From NCBI GenBank assembly GCA_000004695.1, contig CM000150.2, forward strand, positions 896,001 to 960,000: a stretch of DNA of 64,000 bases, given 5' to 3'. This document shows positions 1 to 21,159 of this stretch, piece by piece; within the stretch, counting starts at the first letter, position 1, and each line of letters starts with the position of its first letter. Position numbers and translations under genes: made by a program. A model generated the notes under the pieces. That model did not search any database. It was not told the DNA's origin and worked only from the letters and a program-made list of their open reading frames with translations. The stretch comes from Dictyostelium discoideum. Its lineage: Eukaryota.

Positions 1-1002
1 ATAAAAAAAAAATATAAAAAAAAGAGAAAAAGAAAAAAAGAAAATAAATGGCTATATATTCATTAACATATCAATTGAAAAAAATATTTATTTATTATAT
101 TATTTTTTATTACTATTCTTAAATTCTTGTAAAAAGGTGTAATTGTGGGGAAAAATAAAAAACCAATAGATTGATACTAAGGTGAATAAATATTAAATTT
201 ACTTTACTATTAACTAATTATGAAATATTTGATTTTGAAATGGTTTTATTACTTCCCCTTTTCCTTGTACTACTATTATATTTTTATTTTTATTTTTATT
301 TAATATTATTTTTAAGATATGATATTATTTATTTTTATTTTTTTTTTTTTTTTTATTTTTTTTTCTTTTTTTACTATTAAAATTAAAAAAACACTTGCGA
401 ACCAACCCAAACAATTATTGATAATGGAAAAAAATAAAAAAATAAAAAAAAAAAAAAATAAAAAAACTATTTTAAAATAAAAAAAAATATTAAAAAAAAA
501 GATAGGATCTGACAATATCTTTACAAAAAAATGTTAAAGGAGGTTTTTTTCATTTTCATTATTATAATTTTGAAAACAAATGAAATGAGAAAAAAAAAAA
601 AATTAAGTGTGTGTGTCATTGTGGGGGAAATTTTTGTCTTTTATTTACCTCCTTTCAAGTTGATAACTGATTTAAAAAAAATGATATTTTGATTTTATAT
701 GTATGGGTATAAGTGGTGGGTTTGGTATACTGTGATTTTGAATTTTTGAAGGTTTTATTTTTTATTTTTTTTAAATTTTTCTATTTTTATATGTTGATTT
801 TTTAATAAATGATTTTTATAATTTGATTTTATAATTATTTTTAATTTATATTTTTAATTTATTAAATTATTTAATATATATTGTCCTATTTTTGATTAAA
901 TACCCACTGAAACAATGATATTAATTTTTAATTTTTATTTTTTTTTTTTTTTTTGGATGGCAAACAAAAAAAAAAAAAATAAAAAAATAAAAAAATAAAA
1001 AA

Positions 1003-1034
<32 letters not shown>

Positions 1035-1702
1035 AATAATTTTTCAAATAATTTCGTTTTTGGGCTTTTACTGAGTCGCGTTACTTAAATATAAGTTAAT
1101 TTTATAAATGTCCCAAAAAAAAAATTTTAAAGGACCTCACATCGTTTTTTTTTTTTTTTTTTCTAATAATTATTTAAATTTGATATTATTTTTTTATTTT
1201 TAATAATTTTTTTTAACAATGGGTTACAACACACTATTTTAATCAATATTTAAATAATTTTTTCTTTTTTTTTTTTTTTTTTTTTTTTTTTTAGTTAGTT
1301 ATCACAGTCAATTTTTGATTTGACTAAAATGTTAAAATTATAATAAAATTAATAAAATAATTAATTAATAACATTTAACATTAAAAATGAAATTTTAATA
1401 TCATTAAAAATGAAAATTTAAGTGAATTAAATTAAAAATTTCATTATTTTAAATTTATTTAATTTTAATTTTGCTTAACCTTAAGGTTGGTCAGATATAA
1501 TTTATGCATCGCTGGTCGTTTGACCACAGCTTGTTTTCCAAAATGTGACTCCCTAAAATTTGTAAAGAATACTGTGTGTCTGTATAGAAAAAAAAAAAAA
1601 AAAAATAAAAATAAAAATAAAAATAAAATAATAAAACACAGCAAAGAAAATATCACATTTTAACCAACTATCTCCTCTTCCTATAGACAATATGATAGAT
1701 GA

Positions 1703-1791
<89 letters not shown>

Positions 1792-1997
1792 GTTGAAAAG
1801 GATTAATACTAATTCGAAATGAATTGTAATAATTCTGATGAAATTTTACCAATTTTTGACTCATCCCAAATTAATATATATTTAAATCCACCTTTAAAGA
1901 AAATTAAACTCCCTTTTGGACAGAGAGCGAATTTTTTTCTTTGGTTGCCACTTTAAAAAAAAAAAAAAAATAATAAAATAAAAAAAAAAAAGAACTG

Positions 1998-2033
<36 letters not shown>

Positions 2034-2438
2034 TTTATTATAAGAATATTTTGGATTTGAGTATTGTTAATTTTTTTTTTTTTATTTTTTTCAAAAACAA
2101 TTAATTCTTTAATTTTTAAAAATTTTAGAACATTAAAATCTTTTAGCATAAGATTTTATTATTTCCTTTTTTAATTCAAAAAGCGGTAATCACCAACTAA
2201 TTTCTTAAAATTACAAGATTAAATAATTAAAAAAGAAAATTTTTAGTATTAACTTTTTTATTTATTTATTTATTATTCATTTATTTATTTATTTATTTTA
2301 TTTAATTTTTATTAATATTTTAAATTTTTTATGAGGAAAAAAAAAAAAAAAAAAAAGTATAAATTTTTAAAAATGTTTAGATAAATTAATTTTTATTTAC
2401 AATTGATTTTTTTTTTATTTTTTAAAAATTATTCATTC

Positions 2439-2476
<38 letters not shown>

Positions 2477-3152
2477 CAATTCCCAAATCTTTAATATTAA
2501 AGATATTCCCATTTTAAACTATTTAATTTATATACCAAATCAAAACCATTTTTTTTATTTTTTTATTTTTTTTTGAAAGAATGATCATTATTTGAATAAG
2601 CACCATTTTTCCATCAAAAATTGCCATTTTTTTTTTTTTTTTTTAATTTTAATTTTTTATTTAGTTGTGATTTATTTATGAATCTGGCCACATTTCAAAA
2701 AAATCAACCAAGGAACAAATTTTCTATGGATGAAAGAAACTTAATTTTTGATTTTTATATTTTTTTCTTTTTTTTTCTTTTTTTTTATTTTTTTTTTTCT
2801 ATTTTTTTTTTTTCTCTCGTTTCTCTAAATTATACTCCTATTAATAGGTGAGTTGACCTTTCGTTTTTGAAAAGATTTCTGAAAAAAATAAAAAATAAAA
2901 AATAAAATAAAAAAAAAAAGAAAAAAAAAAAAAAAAGAAAAAAAAAAAGAAAAAAAATAAAAATTGAAAAAAAAAAAAAAAATGTTAAGTGAAAAAATCT
3001 TTTTAAAAAAAAAAAATTAAAAAAAAATTAAAATTTGAAAAAAAAAATTGAAAAAAAAAAAAGGCTTATATGTGTTATATAAGTTCTGATACAGTCAACA
3101 AAATTTTTTTTTTTCTTCAAAAAATTTTTTAATAAAAAAAAAAATTAAAAAA

Positions 3153-6230
<3,078 letters not shown>

Positions 6231-7287
6231 ATAACTAGTACAACAACTTAAAAAAAAAAAAAAAAAAAAAAAAAATGAATAAATAAATAACAATAAACTT
6301 TCCAAAAAAAAAAAAAAAATTATTAAAAACAATTCTTATAAAAGGTAGTAGTAGTATTAGTATTAGTAGTAAAAAAAAATTATTAAAAATAAATAAATGG
6401 AAATAAATCGGAAAAAAAAAAAATAAAAAAATAAAAAAATAAAAAAAAATTCTATTTATTTTTATAATTTTAAATTTATGTTTTTAGTTTGACATGGACA
6501 ACATCCAGTTGGTTGCTCTCCGAAATTACATTCTCTATAAATTAAAAGACATGGTATTTTGTCTGGGCAAGGTTGACAAGCTTTTTTCATTTTTTTATTT
6601 TTTATTTTTTTTTTTTGCGTTAGTATTTATATCATTTTTTTTTATTATTATTATAATTTACTTACTTCCACAACAATTTTTTGGTAAAATAACAAGTGTT
6701 TCATATGGTCCACAAATTGGGTTAATACATGTTACTTTTGAGCAATCAATTTGTTTGCAATTAAAATACTTTAAATTTAATAGTAATAGAAAAATAAAAA
6801 TTTTGAATTTCATTTTTTAGGTTTTGAGATTGATAAACAAAAATTGTTGATAGTGATAATCAAAAAATAAAAAAATAAAAAAAAAAAAAAAAAATTAAAA
6901 AAGGAAATAAAATAATAAAATAAAATAATTTAAAAATGGAAATTAAAATGCCAGATTAAGTGATTCTGGAGGGGTTTTTTTTTTATTTTTTTTATTTTTT
7001 TTTATTTTTTTTTTTTTTTTTTTTTGGACACCCTTTAATATTTTTTTTGGCATTATTATATAAATTAGTTTAAATTTGTCTAAAACATATTTGAAGTTTT
7101 TGAAAAAAAAAAAACATTTTATTTAGAATTGATTAATTTAACTATTTATAAATTTTATTTAGAATTTATTAATTTAACTATTTTTTTTTTTTTTTTTTTT
7201 TTTTATATGATTTTTATTATCACTTTTATTTTTTATTATTGTTTTTTTTTATATTTAAAAAAAAAGAGATAATACCACCTTAACAAA

Positions 7288-7331
<44 letters not shown>

Positions 7332-7470
7332 TTTATTAAATAAAACATTACACCCAAAAAAGAATAAAAATAAAAAATAAAAAAAAAAAAAAATAAAAAA
7401 AAAAATAAAAAAATAAAAAAAAATAAAAAAAAAAAAGAACTTTTTCAATGCATTATTTAAAATTCCAACA

Positions 7471-8590
7471 ATGAACAACTTAAATGATAGTAATAATCAT
7501 TTACTAAAAAGTGGGGGTACTTCTATACAAGTAACAGAAATTAAAGATATACCCCCAGATTCACCTTTTTCGTCTGAAGACGATATAGAATTTCTTGAAG
7601 TTAATTCTTTGGAGAGTAAGTCAAAGAAAAGAAAACTTAAAGATTTGGCACCCCCCTCAAATAATGATAAAAATGAAGATAATAATAATAATAATAATAT
7701 ATTTGTAAACAATCCAATAATACCATCACCATTATCATCATCGTCACCATCATTAAAAGTTGGAACTACTACAACAACAACAACAACCACCACCACCACC
7801 ACTTCAGCAGCAGAAGAAGCAGAAGAAGCAGAAGCAACAACTGTAAATAGAATAATCTCTTCATCATCATCATTACCTACATTTTCAAAAGATAAAGAAA
7901 TAAAAGAAGTAGATAAAGAAAGTTATTCTATACATTACTCACCACCCATACCATCATCATTGTCACCATCTTTGTCAAACCTATCATCATTACCAACAGA
8001 TCCAATTGAATTAGTAGTTTATCTTAAAGATAATTTACCATTGAAAGAGATTTCCAAAAAGATGAATATCGGTAGTATGGGTGATATATTGGCTGAGGAA
8101 TTTTCAAGATATCTTACAATACTCATAAAATCTGATGATAGAAATTGTAATCAATTTCAACCATCACCTTTAGTACAATTGTTTTGGAATTTTGGTTTAA
8201 ATGATTATTATTCTAGTCAAATAATTAAATCTTTTTTTTTTATTCATGGTCTTTCATTCAATACTCCAAGAATGTTTGATTCTATTGCATTACAAAGAAT
8301 TCGTTATGAAAATACAATGAAAAATCATAAAGAATACTTTTTAACCGATTTAAATACAATTAATGCTTTAAATGTTCCAATTTGGCCATCAGATTATTTA
8401 CTTATTGATACAAATAATAATAATAATAATAATAATAATAGTAATAAAAAAAGACAACAAAAACAAGAAAATAAAAAAGATAAAGAAATTATATTACATA
8501 TACAAGAAAATTATATAACAAAAAGAGAAGAACAAGAGGAAATTATTAACCATAAAAATGAAATTAAACAACAAGAACAACAACAACAAG

Positions 8591-8635
<45 letters not shown>

Positions 8636-9468
8636 CACAACAAGAACAACAACAGCAACAACAAGAACAACAACAAAAAAAACAACAAGGACAACAAATA
8701 ATAGAAGATATAATTAAATTAGATGATTTAAATAATGATGAAGAAATGAAATTTAATGCACCAAAAAAACATAATCGTCGTCAAGAAAAAGAAAAAGAAA
8801 AAGAAAAAGAAAAAGAAAAAGAAAAACAAAAAGAAAAAGATAAAGATAAAGATAAAGATCAAGATCAAGATGAAGACCAAGAAGAATATATAGAATATTT
8901 ACATCAAGATCAAAATCAAGATCAAGATAAAGATAAAGATAAAGATAAAGACCAAGTAGAATATCAAGAATATGTACACCAAAATCAAGATCAAGAAGAG
9001 AAAGAAGTACAGATTAAAACTAAAAGAGATAAATTTAAAATTACTAAACCTCCAGTTAAATCATCAACCAAAAGAAAAACTATTGCTCGAGCTCCACCTC
9101 CTTTATACCCTGTTGGCTCTTTGGTTGAAGCTAAATGTTATGCATTTGGTGAAAGTCATGACCAATCATTCTTTGAAGCAGAAATAAAGTCCTATGATGA
9201 TATTAATGGAAAGTATTTGGTTGAATTTGAATGTGATCGTACTCAACAAATTTTGGAAGAATGGGATATTAAGAATCAATCCATTGAGGAAGTAACAAAA
9301 AACAATTTGGAGTTTGGAAGAAAAGTTTTATTTAAAAAAGATAATTCATTTTGGTATGGACCAGCTATCATCGTTGCAAAAGGAAAAAAGAAGTTTACTG
9401 TAACTTTTTTAAAAAAAAATTATGATCTAAAATTTGATTTTCATACTCCAATTTGTTATTATTTTTAA
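7471..9468 (+). CDS. Hypothetical protein of 665 aa. It has EK/DK charged repeats and a C-terminal tandem Tudor/Agenet-like (chromo-barrel-like) region.
   Basis: Single ORF. C-terminus PLYPVGSLVEAKCYAFGESHDQSFFEAEIKSY...GKYLVEFECD followed by GRKVLFKKDNSFWYGPAIIV...FTVTFL gives two repeats of a G-x-V...(F/W)(F/Y)-x-A-x-I...(F/Y)-x-V-x-F barrel signature. Coding (GAAAAA/GATAAA)n at 8760..8990. Confidence 0.5.
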
Positions 9469-9498
9469 ACAATTGGTAGAATTTAGTCTTTCAATCAC

Positions 9499-9530
<32 letters not shown>

Positions 9531-9812
9531 CCAAAACATGTGCATATATAATCTTTTTTTTTTTTTATTTTGCGCATAACCAAATTTATTTAAATAGAAA
9601 AAATTAAATATAAATATAATATAAATATATATATATAAATATTAATATTAATATTAAAAAAAAATAATAATAAAAAATAAAAATTAAAAAAATAAAAAAT
9701 AAAAAATAAAAAATAAAAAATAAAAAATAAAAAATAAAAAAATAAAAAATAAAAAAACCTTTACATTTTTTCTTTTCTTTTATTTTGTTTGTATTTTTTT
9801 TTTTTTTTTTTA

Positions 9813-12316
<2,504 letters not shown>

Positions 12317-13279
12317 TTTCTTTTGAATTTAAATCTACATATGTAAGGTTGAGGAATATGTTTTCCTCTCTCTCTCTTTCAAAAAAAATAAAAATAAAAA
12401 TAAAAATAAAAAAAAAAATAAAAAAAATAAAAAAAAAAAATAAAAAAATAAAAAAAAAAAAAAAAATAAAAAGAAAAAATTACTTAAGTAATCAAAATAA
12501 TAATAATAATAAAAAATATCTCAAAAAAAAAAAAATTTATTTTTAGGTTTGATTTTTTTTTTTATTGTATGCTGGTTTATCAATATACCAATTAAATCTT
12601 TAATTTTTATTTAAATTATCATCAACACATATATGAGTTGAAATGAAAAGGAAATTATCCACTTTGGATCTAGAGTGGTATTTCCATTACCATGATTTTA
12701 CATCGAAATCCACAACCATTGCAATCAAGAAAACTCAGTACCAATCGAACATTATTGATTGAAACAATAGGGCTTGAGAAGGTGAATGCATCAAATATCG
12801 AAATCTGAGAGGGAACCGTAACCACCTTTATCATTTTCTTTACGAATTTCAACCTCTGGTTTTAAACTAGTTCCCAACTTTTAATTGCCTATTTGAAAGT
12901 TTTTGTCAATATTTTTTATTAATTTTTTTTTAATTGTGACAAAAAATAAATATAAAAATAGAAAAAAAAATAAAAATAAAAATAAAAATAAAAATAAAAA
13001 TAAAAATAAAAATAAAAAAAAACAAATATTTTCACCCCACAGTGTCAGTCCTAGATAGAAAAAAAAAAAAAAATAAAAAATAAAAAAAAATAAATACTGA
13101 CACCCCATAGTGTCAGTCCTAAATAATTATTCATCAATATAAAAACAATGTAAATCCAAATAAATTTTTATTTTGTAAAGTATCACATTAACAATATATC
13201 AAGAAATAAATAATAGTATTAGTTTGGATAAAAAAAAAAAAAAAATAAATAAAAATAAAAAAAAGTAAAAAAATAAAAA

Positions 13280-14089
<810 letters not shown>

Positions 14090-14163
14090 AAAAAAAAAAA
14101 ACTTTTCAAAAATTGAAAAACGTCCTAACACATGTCCTTTTAAAAAAATAAAATAAAAACAAT

Positions 14164-14201
<38 letters not shown>

Positions 14202-14204
14202 AAG

Positions 14205-14235
<31 letters not shown>

Positions 14236-14679
14236 TGGACTAGGGAAAAAAAAAATATGTTTTATTATTTATAAATAAATAAGTAAATAAATAATTTAAT
14301 AAAATTTTTTAAATAAAATAGTAAAAATAATTGTGTAAAAACAAAAAAACAAAAAAAAAAAAAAAAAAAAAAAAATTCAAGATTTTTAGATTTTTGTTTT
14401 TTGTAGTTTTTTTTAAATAAATAAATAAATAAATAAATTTTGGCACCGTCCAACGGCTTTTTTTTTTTTTTTTTTTTTCACAACATTGTTTTTTTAGATA
14501 TTTTTTTTTTTTTTTTTTCTTTTTTCAACTATTTTTTTTTTATAATTTTTTTTCTTTTTTTAAACACTATTTTTTAATTTTTTAAATTTTTTTTTTTTTT
14601 TTTTTTTTTTCAATCAACCAATTAAAAATAAAAAAATTAAAAATAATTATATCGATTAAAAATAATTTTAATAATTAAA

Positions 14680-16284
14680 ATGTCAATAACATTTACAGTT
14701 AAACAAAATATAAAGGAAAATGAAATTTTAAATGTTAAAGAATTTAATATTAAAGATTTCATTAGAAATCAATATGAATTACAATCACCATCTACAAAAC
14801 CAGAAGCAATCTATAAAAAATTGATTGAATCTGGATGTGATGAAGAGAAAGCAATAGATATGGTAGAAAAAATTGAAATTGATACAGAAGTAAAACGACA
14901 AAAAAAAATAAATAAAAGACTGGAATCAAGTAAAATTATTAAATCGAGCATTATAACAGATTATAATGATAATGAATTAAAAATCTTAAATAATAATACC
15001 AGTAGTGGTAGTACCAATAATAATAATCATCATCAAAATAGTAATAATGGTTATAATAATAGTTTTGTATATTCTGCCTGGAGGGCCTATAATCATCATC
15101 ACCATTTAGTGATTCGCCCAGAAAATATTTGGTTGTCAATTATCACCCAATTTTCATTTTATATAAATAAAAATTCAAATTCTTTAAAAGATAAATTCCC
15201 GGATTTTGATATCACTATCGACAATCATCATCATCATCATCACCATCATCATCATCACCACCATAATAATAATCATCACCATCATGGTCATCATGATAAC
15301 CATAACCATAATCATAATCATAATCATAAAAAAGAAATAAATATTAAAACAAATTATTCATTTTCAGAAGCATCATTTGAAAAAATAACAGATGATATTT
15401 GGCAACAAATTAGTAATACAATTAAAGATGAATCAATAAAGGAATGGATTATTCCAAATTTTTCAACCACTACACCCTCTGATAAGGTGGTATTTTCGGT
15501 GGCATTAAATTCAACTTTAAAAGAATACTTTTATTATAAGGTTACTTCAACCAATGGTCTACCTCAAGTTACAATTTTAGGTACATTGGAAGATTGGAAA
15601 AATTTAAGAGATCGTGTTACAAGATTATTAGATTTCGATTTCGAAGGTAACGGAAATCAAATGAGTACTTGGGTAAGTTATTTATTACCTGTGATGGATA
15701 AATTCATAGAGTCAGTCAATGAAAATCCTGATATCAATTGGTGGAGTAAAATGGTTGATTATAGACAACAATCAAATAGTTGTATCATTTCTGGTTGGTT
15801 ATCAGTATTTTGTGTTTTTAAAGAGGATGGTACATTTAGAGGTATAAATGATAATTCAACCAATACCAATACTACAAATCTAAATAATAGTACAAATAGT
15901 GCTAATAATAATAACAATAGTACTGGGAATTTATCAAATATAAGTGGCAATAATTTAGCCAATATTAGTGCAAGTAGTTTTGCAAGTATTGCTGCTGCTT
16001 CTAATTTTGTAAATGTTAGTTCTGGAAGTTTAAATAGTAGCGGAGATTCATTTAAGGCTAGTGGATCTCCTTGGTTAAAAGTTCAAGATTGTATGCTTGC
16101 CAATGATTTACTCTCAACTCAAGTTTTAATCACCGATTTCGATGGTACAAAATATCATAGTGATTTATATGCTGGTCATCTTGCTGTTAAAGCTGAAGAT
16201 AAATCAAAATTAATTCCCTCTTTAGATTGGTTCCTTGTTATTGAAAGTGGATCTGATTCAAAAAATAAATGTTCAATTAATTAA
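14680..16284 (+). CDS. Conserved-looking hypothetical protein of 534 aa with His-rich inserts.
   Basis: Single long ORF with non-low-complexity blocks (IRPENIWLSIITQFSFYINKN..., TILGTLEDWKNLRDRVTRLLDFDFEG..., SGWLSVFCVFKEDGTFRG) separated by poly-H/N stretches. I cannot name the family. Confidence 0.5.
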   Translation: MSITFTVKQNIKENEILNVKEFNIKDFIRNQYELQSPSTKPEAIYKKLIESGCDEEKAIDMVEKIEIDTEVKRQKKINKRLESSKIIKSSIITDYNDNELKILNNNTSSGSTNNNNHHQNSNNGYNNSFVYSAWRAYNHHHHLVIRPENIWLSIITQFSFYINKNSNSLKDKFPDFDITIDNHHHHHHHHHHHHHNNNHHHHGHHDNHNHNHNHNHKKEINIKTNYSFSEASFEKITDDIWQQISNTIKDESIKEWIIPNFSTTTPSDKVVFSVALNSTLKEYFYYKVTSTNGLPQVTILGTLEDWKNLRDRVTRLLDFDFEGNGNQMSTWVSYLLPVMDKFIESVNENPDINWWSKMVDYRQQSNSCIISGWLSVFCVFKEDGTFRGINDNSTNTNTTNLNNSTNSANNNNNSTGNLSNISGNNLANISASSFASIAAASNFVNVSSGSLNSSGDSFKASGSPWLKVQDCMLANDLLSTQVLITDFDGTKYHSDLYAGHLAVKAEDKSKLIPSLDWFLVIESGSDSKNKCSIN

Positions 16285-16675
16285 TTAAATAAATTAATAA
16301 ATTAATTTAAAAAAGTTCAATTTATTTTATAAGAGTATAAATTAAAATTAAAAATATATAGAATAAAATTAAAATTTATAAAATATATAGAATAAAATAA
16401 AGATTTATAATATAAAAAAATAAAAAAAAAATAAAAATAAAAAGTGTTTAGAAAAATTAAAAAATAACAATTCAAAATAAAATAAAAAAAAAAACTACCA
16501 CCGTTCGACATTTCTCATTATTTTAATACTTAATTAAAAATATCAAGAAGTCAAAAAAGACTTTTTTTTGTGCATTGATCAGATTCCAACGTTTTCGTGA
16601 TTAAAAAATAAAAAAAAAAAAAATGAAGCTACGTTTTTTTTATTTTTTGAATTCTCCTTTATTTTTTTTTCAATC

Positions 16676-16706
<31 letters not shown>

Positions 16707-17535
16707 AAAAAAAAAAAATCTTTTTTAAAATTTTAAATTAAAAAAACCCCACACACTAACAGATCTAAAATTAAACTTTTTATTGTTATTATTATTTTTA
16801 TTTTATTATTTTTTTTTAAATTATTTTCATTTTTTTTATTTTTATTTTTATATTTATTTTTATTTTTATTTTTTAAAATAAAATATTTTTTCTTTTTATT
16901 TTAAATATTTTAAATTCACCTTTATTTTATATTTTATATTTTATTTTTTTTTTTTATTTTTTTTTTAATTTTTTTTTTTTTTTTTTTTTTTTAATGTTTC
17001 TCGAAAATATAAAACCCAAAAGTTTAAAAGAATTTGATTCTTTTAAAACAAATTTAAATAAAAAAAAAAACATCAAAATAACTTTTTTTTTTTTTTTTTT
17101 GTTATTTATTTTTTGGGAAATTAAAAATAACCTCATATCAACCACTATATTAAACCCACACACCCACACTCACACTCATATATACACCAGATAACACTGT
17201 TGTAAAAAAAAAAAAAAAAAAAAAAAACAAAAACAAAAACAAAAACAAAAAAAAAAAAAATAAAAACAAAACTCAAACACGTTATACAAATTAATAACCT
17301 TTTTTTTATTTTCATAAACCCAAAAAAAAAAAAAAAAATTCCAATAATAATTATTTTTAAATACATTGACCCATTTTTCAATATTGTCTCACAAATATAT
17401 TTTAGAATTTAAATTTTCAATATTCATAAAACTTACAAACAATAAAAAAAAAAAAATTTATTTTTTTCTCAAATATTTTTAAAATAATAATTAATTGAGA
17501 AAAAAAAAATATAAATATATACATATAAAAGAAAA

Positions 17536-18612
<1,077 letters not shown>

Positions 18613-18631
18613 AAGATTTAAAATAAAAAGA

Positions 18632-18677
18632 AGGAAAATAGGGGTTTAAGCCCCTCCCCCTCTTCCCCTATTTTCCT
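18632..18677. repeat. GC-rich perfect 13-bp inverted repeat (hairpin) with a 20-nt C/T loop, between convergent genes.
   Basis: AGGAAAATAGGGG (18632..18644) ... tttaagcccctccccctctt ... CCCCTATTTTCCT (18665..18677). It lies between the stop of 17536..18612 (+) and the stop of 18771..22553 (-). Confidence 0.8.
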
Positions 18678-18770
18678 TATACAAAAAAATGTATATGTAT
18701 ATGTATAAAAAAAACAATCTATTTATTTTTTTCACTATATATTATACTAAAATTAAATTGATTATTTAAA

Positions 18771-18917
18771 CTAGTTTTCCAACTCTGAGAGTACACTTAA
18801 AAGTAATTTCTTTAATGGTGGTTGTAAATCCTTTTCAATTTTATGTTCTTGACTATTTATAATTTCATCATAGTTGTGTTGATAATTATTATTATTAATA
18901 TTACTATTATTAATATA

Positions 18918-18998
<81 letters not shown>

Positions 18999-19576
18999 AT
19001 TATTATTATTATTATTAAAATTATTGTAATTATTATTGTAATTATTAATATTATTAATATTATTAAAATTAAAATTATTGGAATTATTATTGGAATTATT
19101 ATTGGAATTATTATTAATATTGATATTGTCTTGGTTGAAATGTCTTTTATTTGTGTTGTTACTGAGATTTTCTAAATATTTTATATGTTCACTTGTTATA
19201 TTAATTCCTGTATTATTGTTATTACTATTTTCAAAATTATTACTTTTGAAAGCTGCTGGAGAAGGTGGATTTGAGTTATCACTATTGTAACCACTATTAT
19301 AACTATTTTCTATAAAGTGATGGTTATTTCCATTGGTATTAATACCATGGCTATTATTATTATTAATATTGTTGTTGTTATTGTTATTGTTGTTGTTGCT
19401 ATTATATGGTAAATAGTTGAATAAAGATGGTAATTGTTTATTAATATTATGTTGATTATGTTGCTGTTGATGTTGTAAAAATGATGGAGGAACTAAAGAA
19501 GATTGTTGATATCTATCTGAAACACCAATATTTGAATTTCCATTGCTATACATTTCCTTGTTATTATTATTATATA

Positions 19577-19646
<70 letters not shown>

Positions 19647-21064
19647 GCTATTGTTGTTATTGATGTTATTATGTTGGAAGTGACTGGCATTATAATTATT
19701 ACTGTTGTTATTATAAATATTGAAATTATTTGAATTATTGTTATTATTATTATTATAATCATTATTGTTGCTAATATTATGATTATATGAATGAGTGTTA
19801 CTATTACCGCTACTACTATTATAATTATTATTATTATTATTATTTGATGAGTTATAACTATTATAAACACTACTAGTTGGTGTTGAAAGATAAGAAATTG
19901 GTGAAGGTAATATTTGTGATGACTGTTCAAATAATTGTTGTTGTTGTTGTTGCTGTTGTAAAATTTGTTGATGTTGAATTCTTTGTTGATTTTGGTAATG
20001 TTGAATTTGTTCCATTTGTTTTTGTTGCTTTTTTGATATTTTGGGTTGTTTTGGTAATTTTGGAGGTTTTGGTTCTTTTGGTGGTTTGGCTTGTTTTTGT
20101 GGTTTTTGTGGTTTTGATTCTTTTGATTCTTTTGATTCTTTTGATTCTTTTGATTCTTTTTGTGGTTTTGGTGGCTTTGGTTCTTTTTTAAGTTGATTTG
20201 TTAATTGTGATAAAAGGGATGGAGTTTTATCTTCAATAATTTCTTTTTGTTGTTGAAGTATTTGTGGAGTAATTTGAGATTTTAATGTTTGTTGAATTTC
20301 TACAATTGGATTATTATTAAAATTATTATTATTGTTTGTTGTTGTTGTTGTTGTAGTTGGTGGTGGTGTTGCTGTAGTTGGTGGTGTTATGGCAGTGGTA
20401 ACATTTTGATTAATTTGATTAGTTTGAATATTTTCATCTTCATTTTGATCTTCTTGATAATTATATGGTGAAGAAATTGGTGAAGAATTATTTGTTAAAG
20501 GTGGTAAAGATCTATCTCTAATTATTTGTCTAAAAACACTAGTTGTTGAATCTGGATAGTTTAATTCTGCTGATAAATAACCCAACTCTTTTAAATAACC
20601 AATTGCTGAAAATAAAATAATGATGTGAGAAATATTTGGAATTGGATTCTTTAACCATTCATAAAGAGTAGTAGAGAATGAAACTCTGCTATAGTTTATA
20701 AAATTCTCAAAATAACAACATGTTTTCCAAATATTATTTTTAGATAGTATAGGTAATTTATCCAACATAGGTGCCCAACTTTGGAGTAGGGAAAGTTGTA
20801 AAAATACAGATGATAAATCTGTACTCCACACTGTTGGACCAAGGTTTTGTGAATTTGAATCATCAAAGTCTTCATCAAATTCACCATTCTCCTCAGTCAA
20901 TTGAGTTGGGGTTGTATATTTTGAAAGAGTTGGTGTTGGTGTCCTACTAGGTGTTGGTGTTGGAATTCTAATTGGTGTTGGCATTCTAATTGGTATTGGC
21001 ATTTCCAATGATTCTGTTGATTGTTGTGATTGTTGTTGTTGTTGTGATTGTTGTGATTGTTGTG

Positions 21065-21159
<95 letters not shown>

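Noticed and set aside
312-3100. Small ORFs in the first 3 kb (312..515, 1465..1864, 1904..2149, 2621..2851).
   Set aside because: The region is extreme A/T homopolymer DNA with (ATA)n and (TTA)n. The ORFs encode poly-F/I/K only, so it is intergenic spacer.
12670-12852. 60-aa minus-strand ORF in the GC-richer island.
   Set aside because: It is too short, and lacks Dictyostelium-typical codon and low-complexity features. I kept the locus as an ncRNA-candidate finding rather than a CDS.
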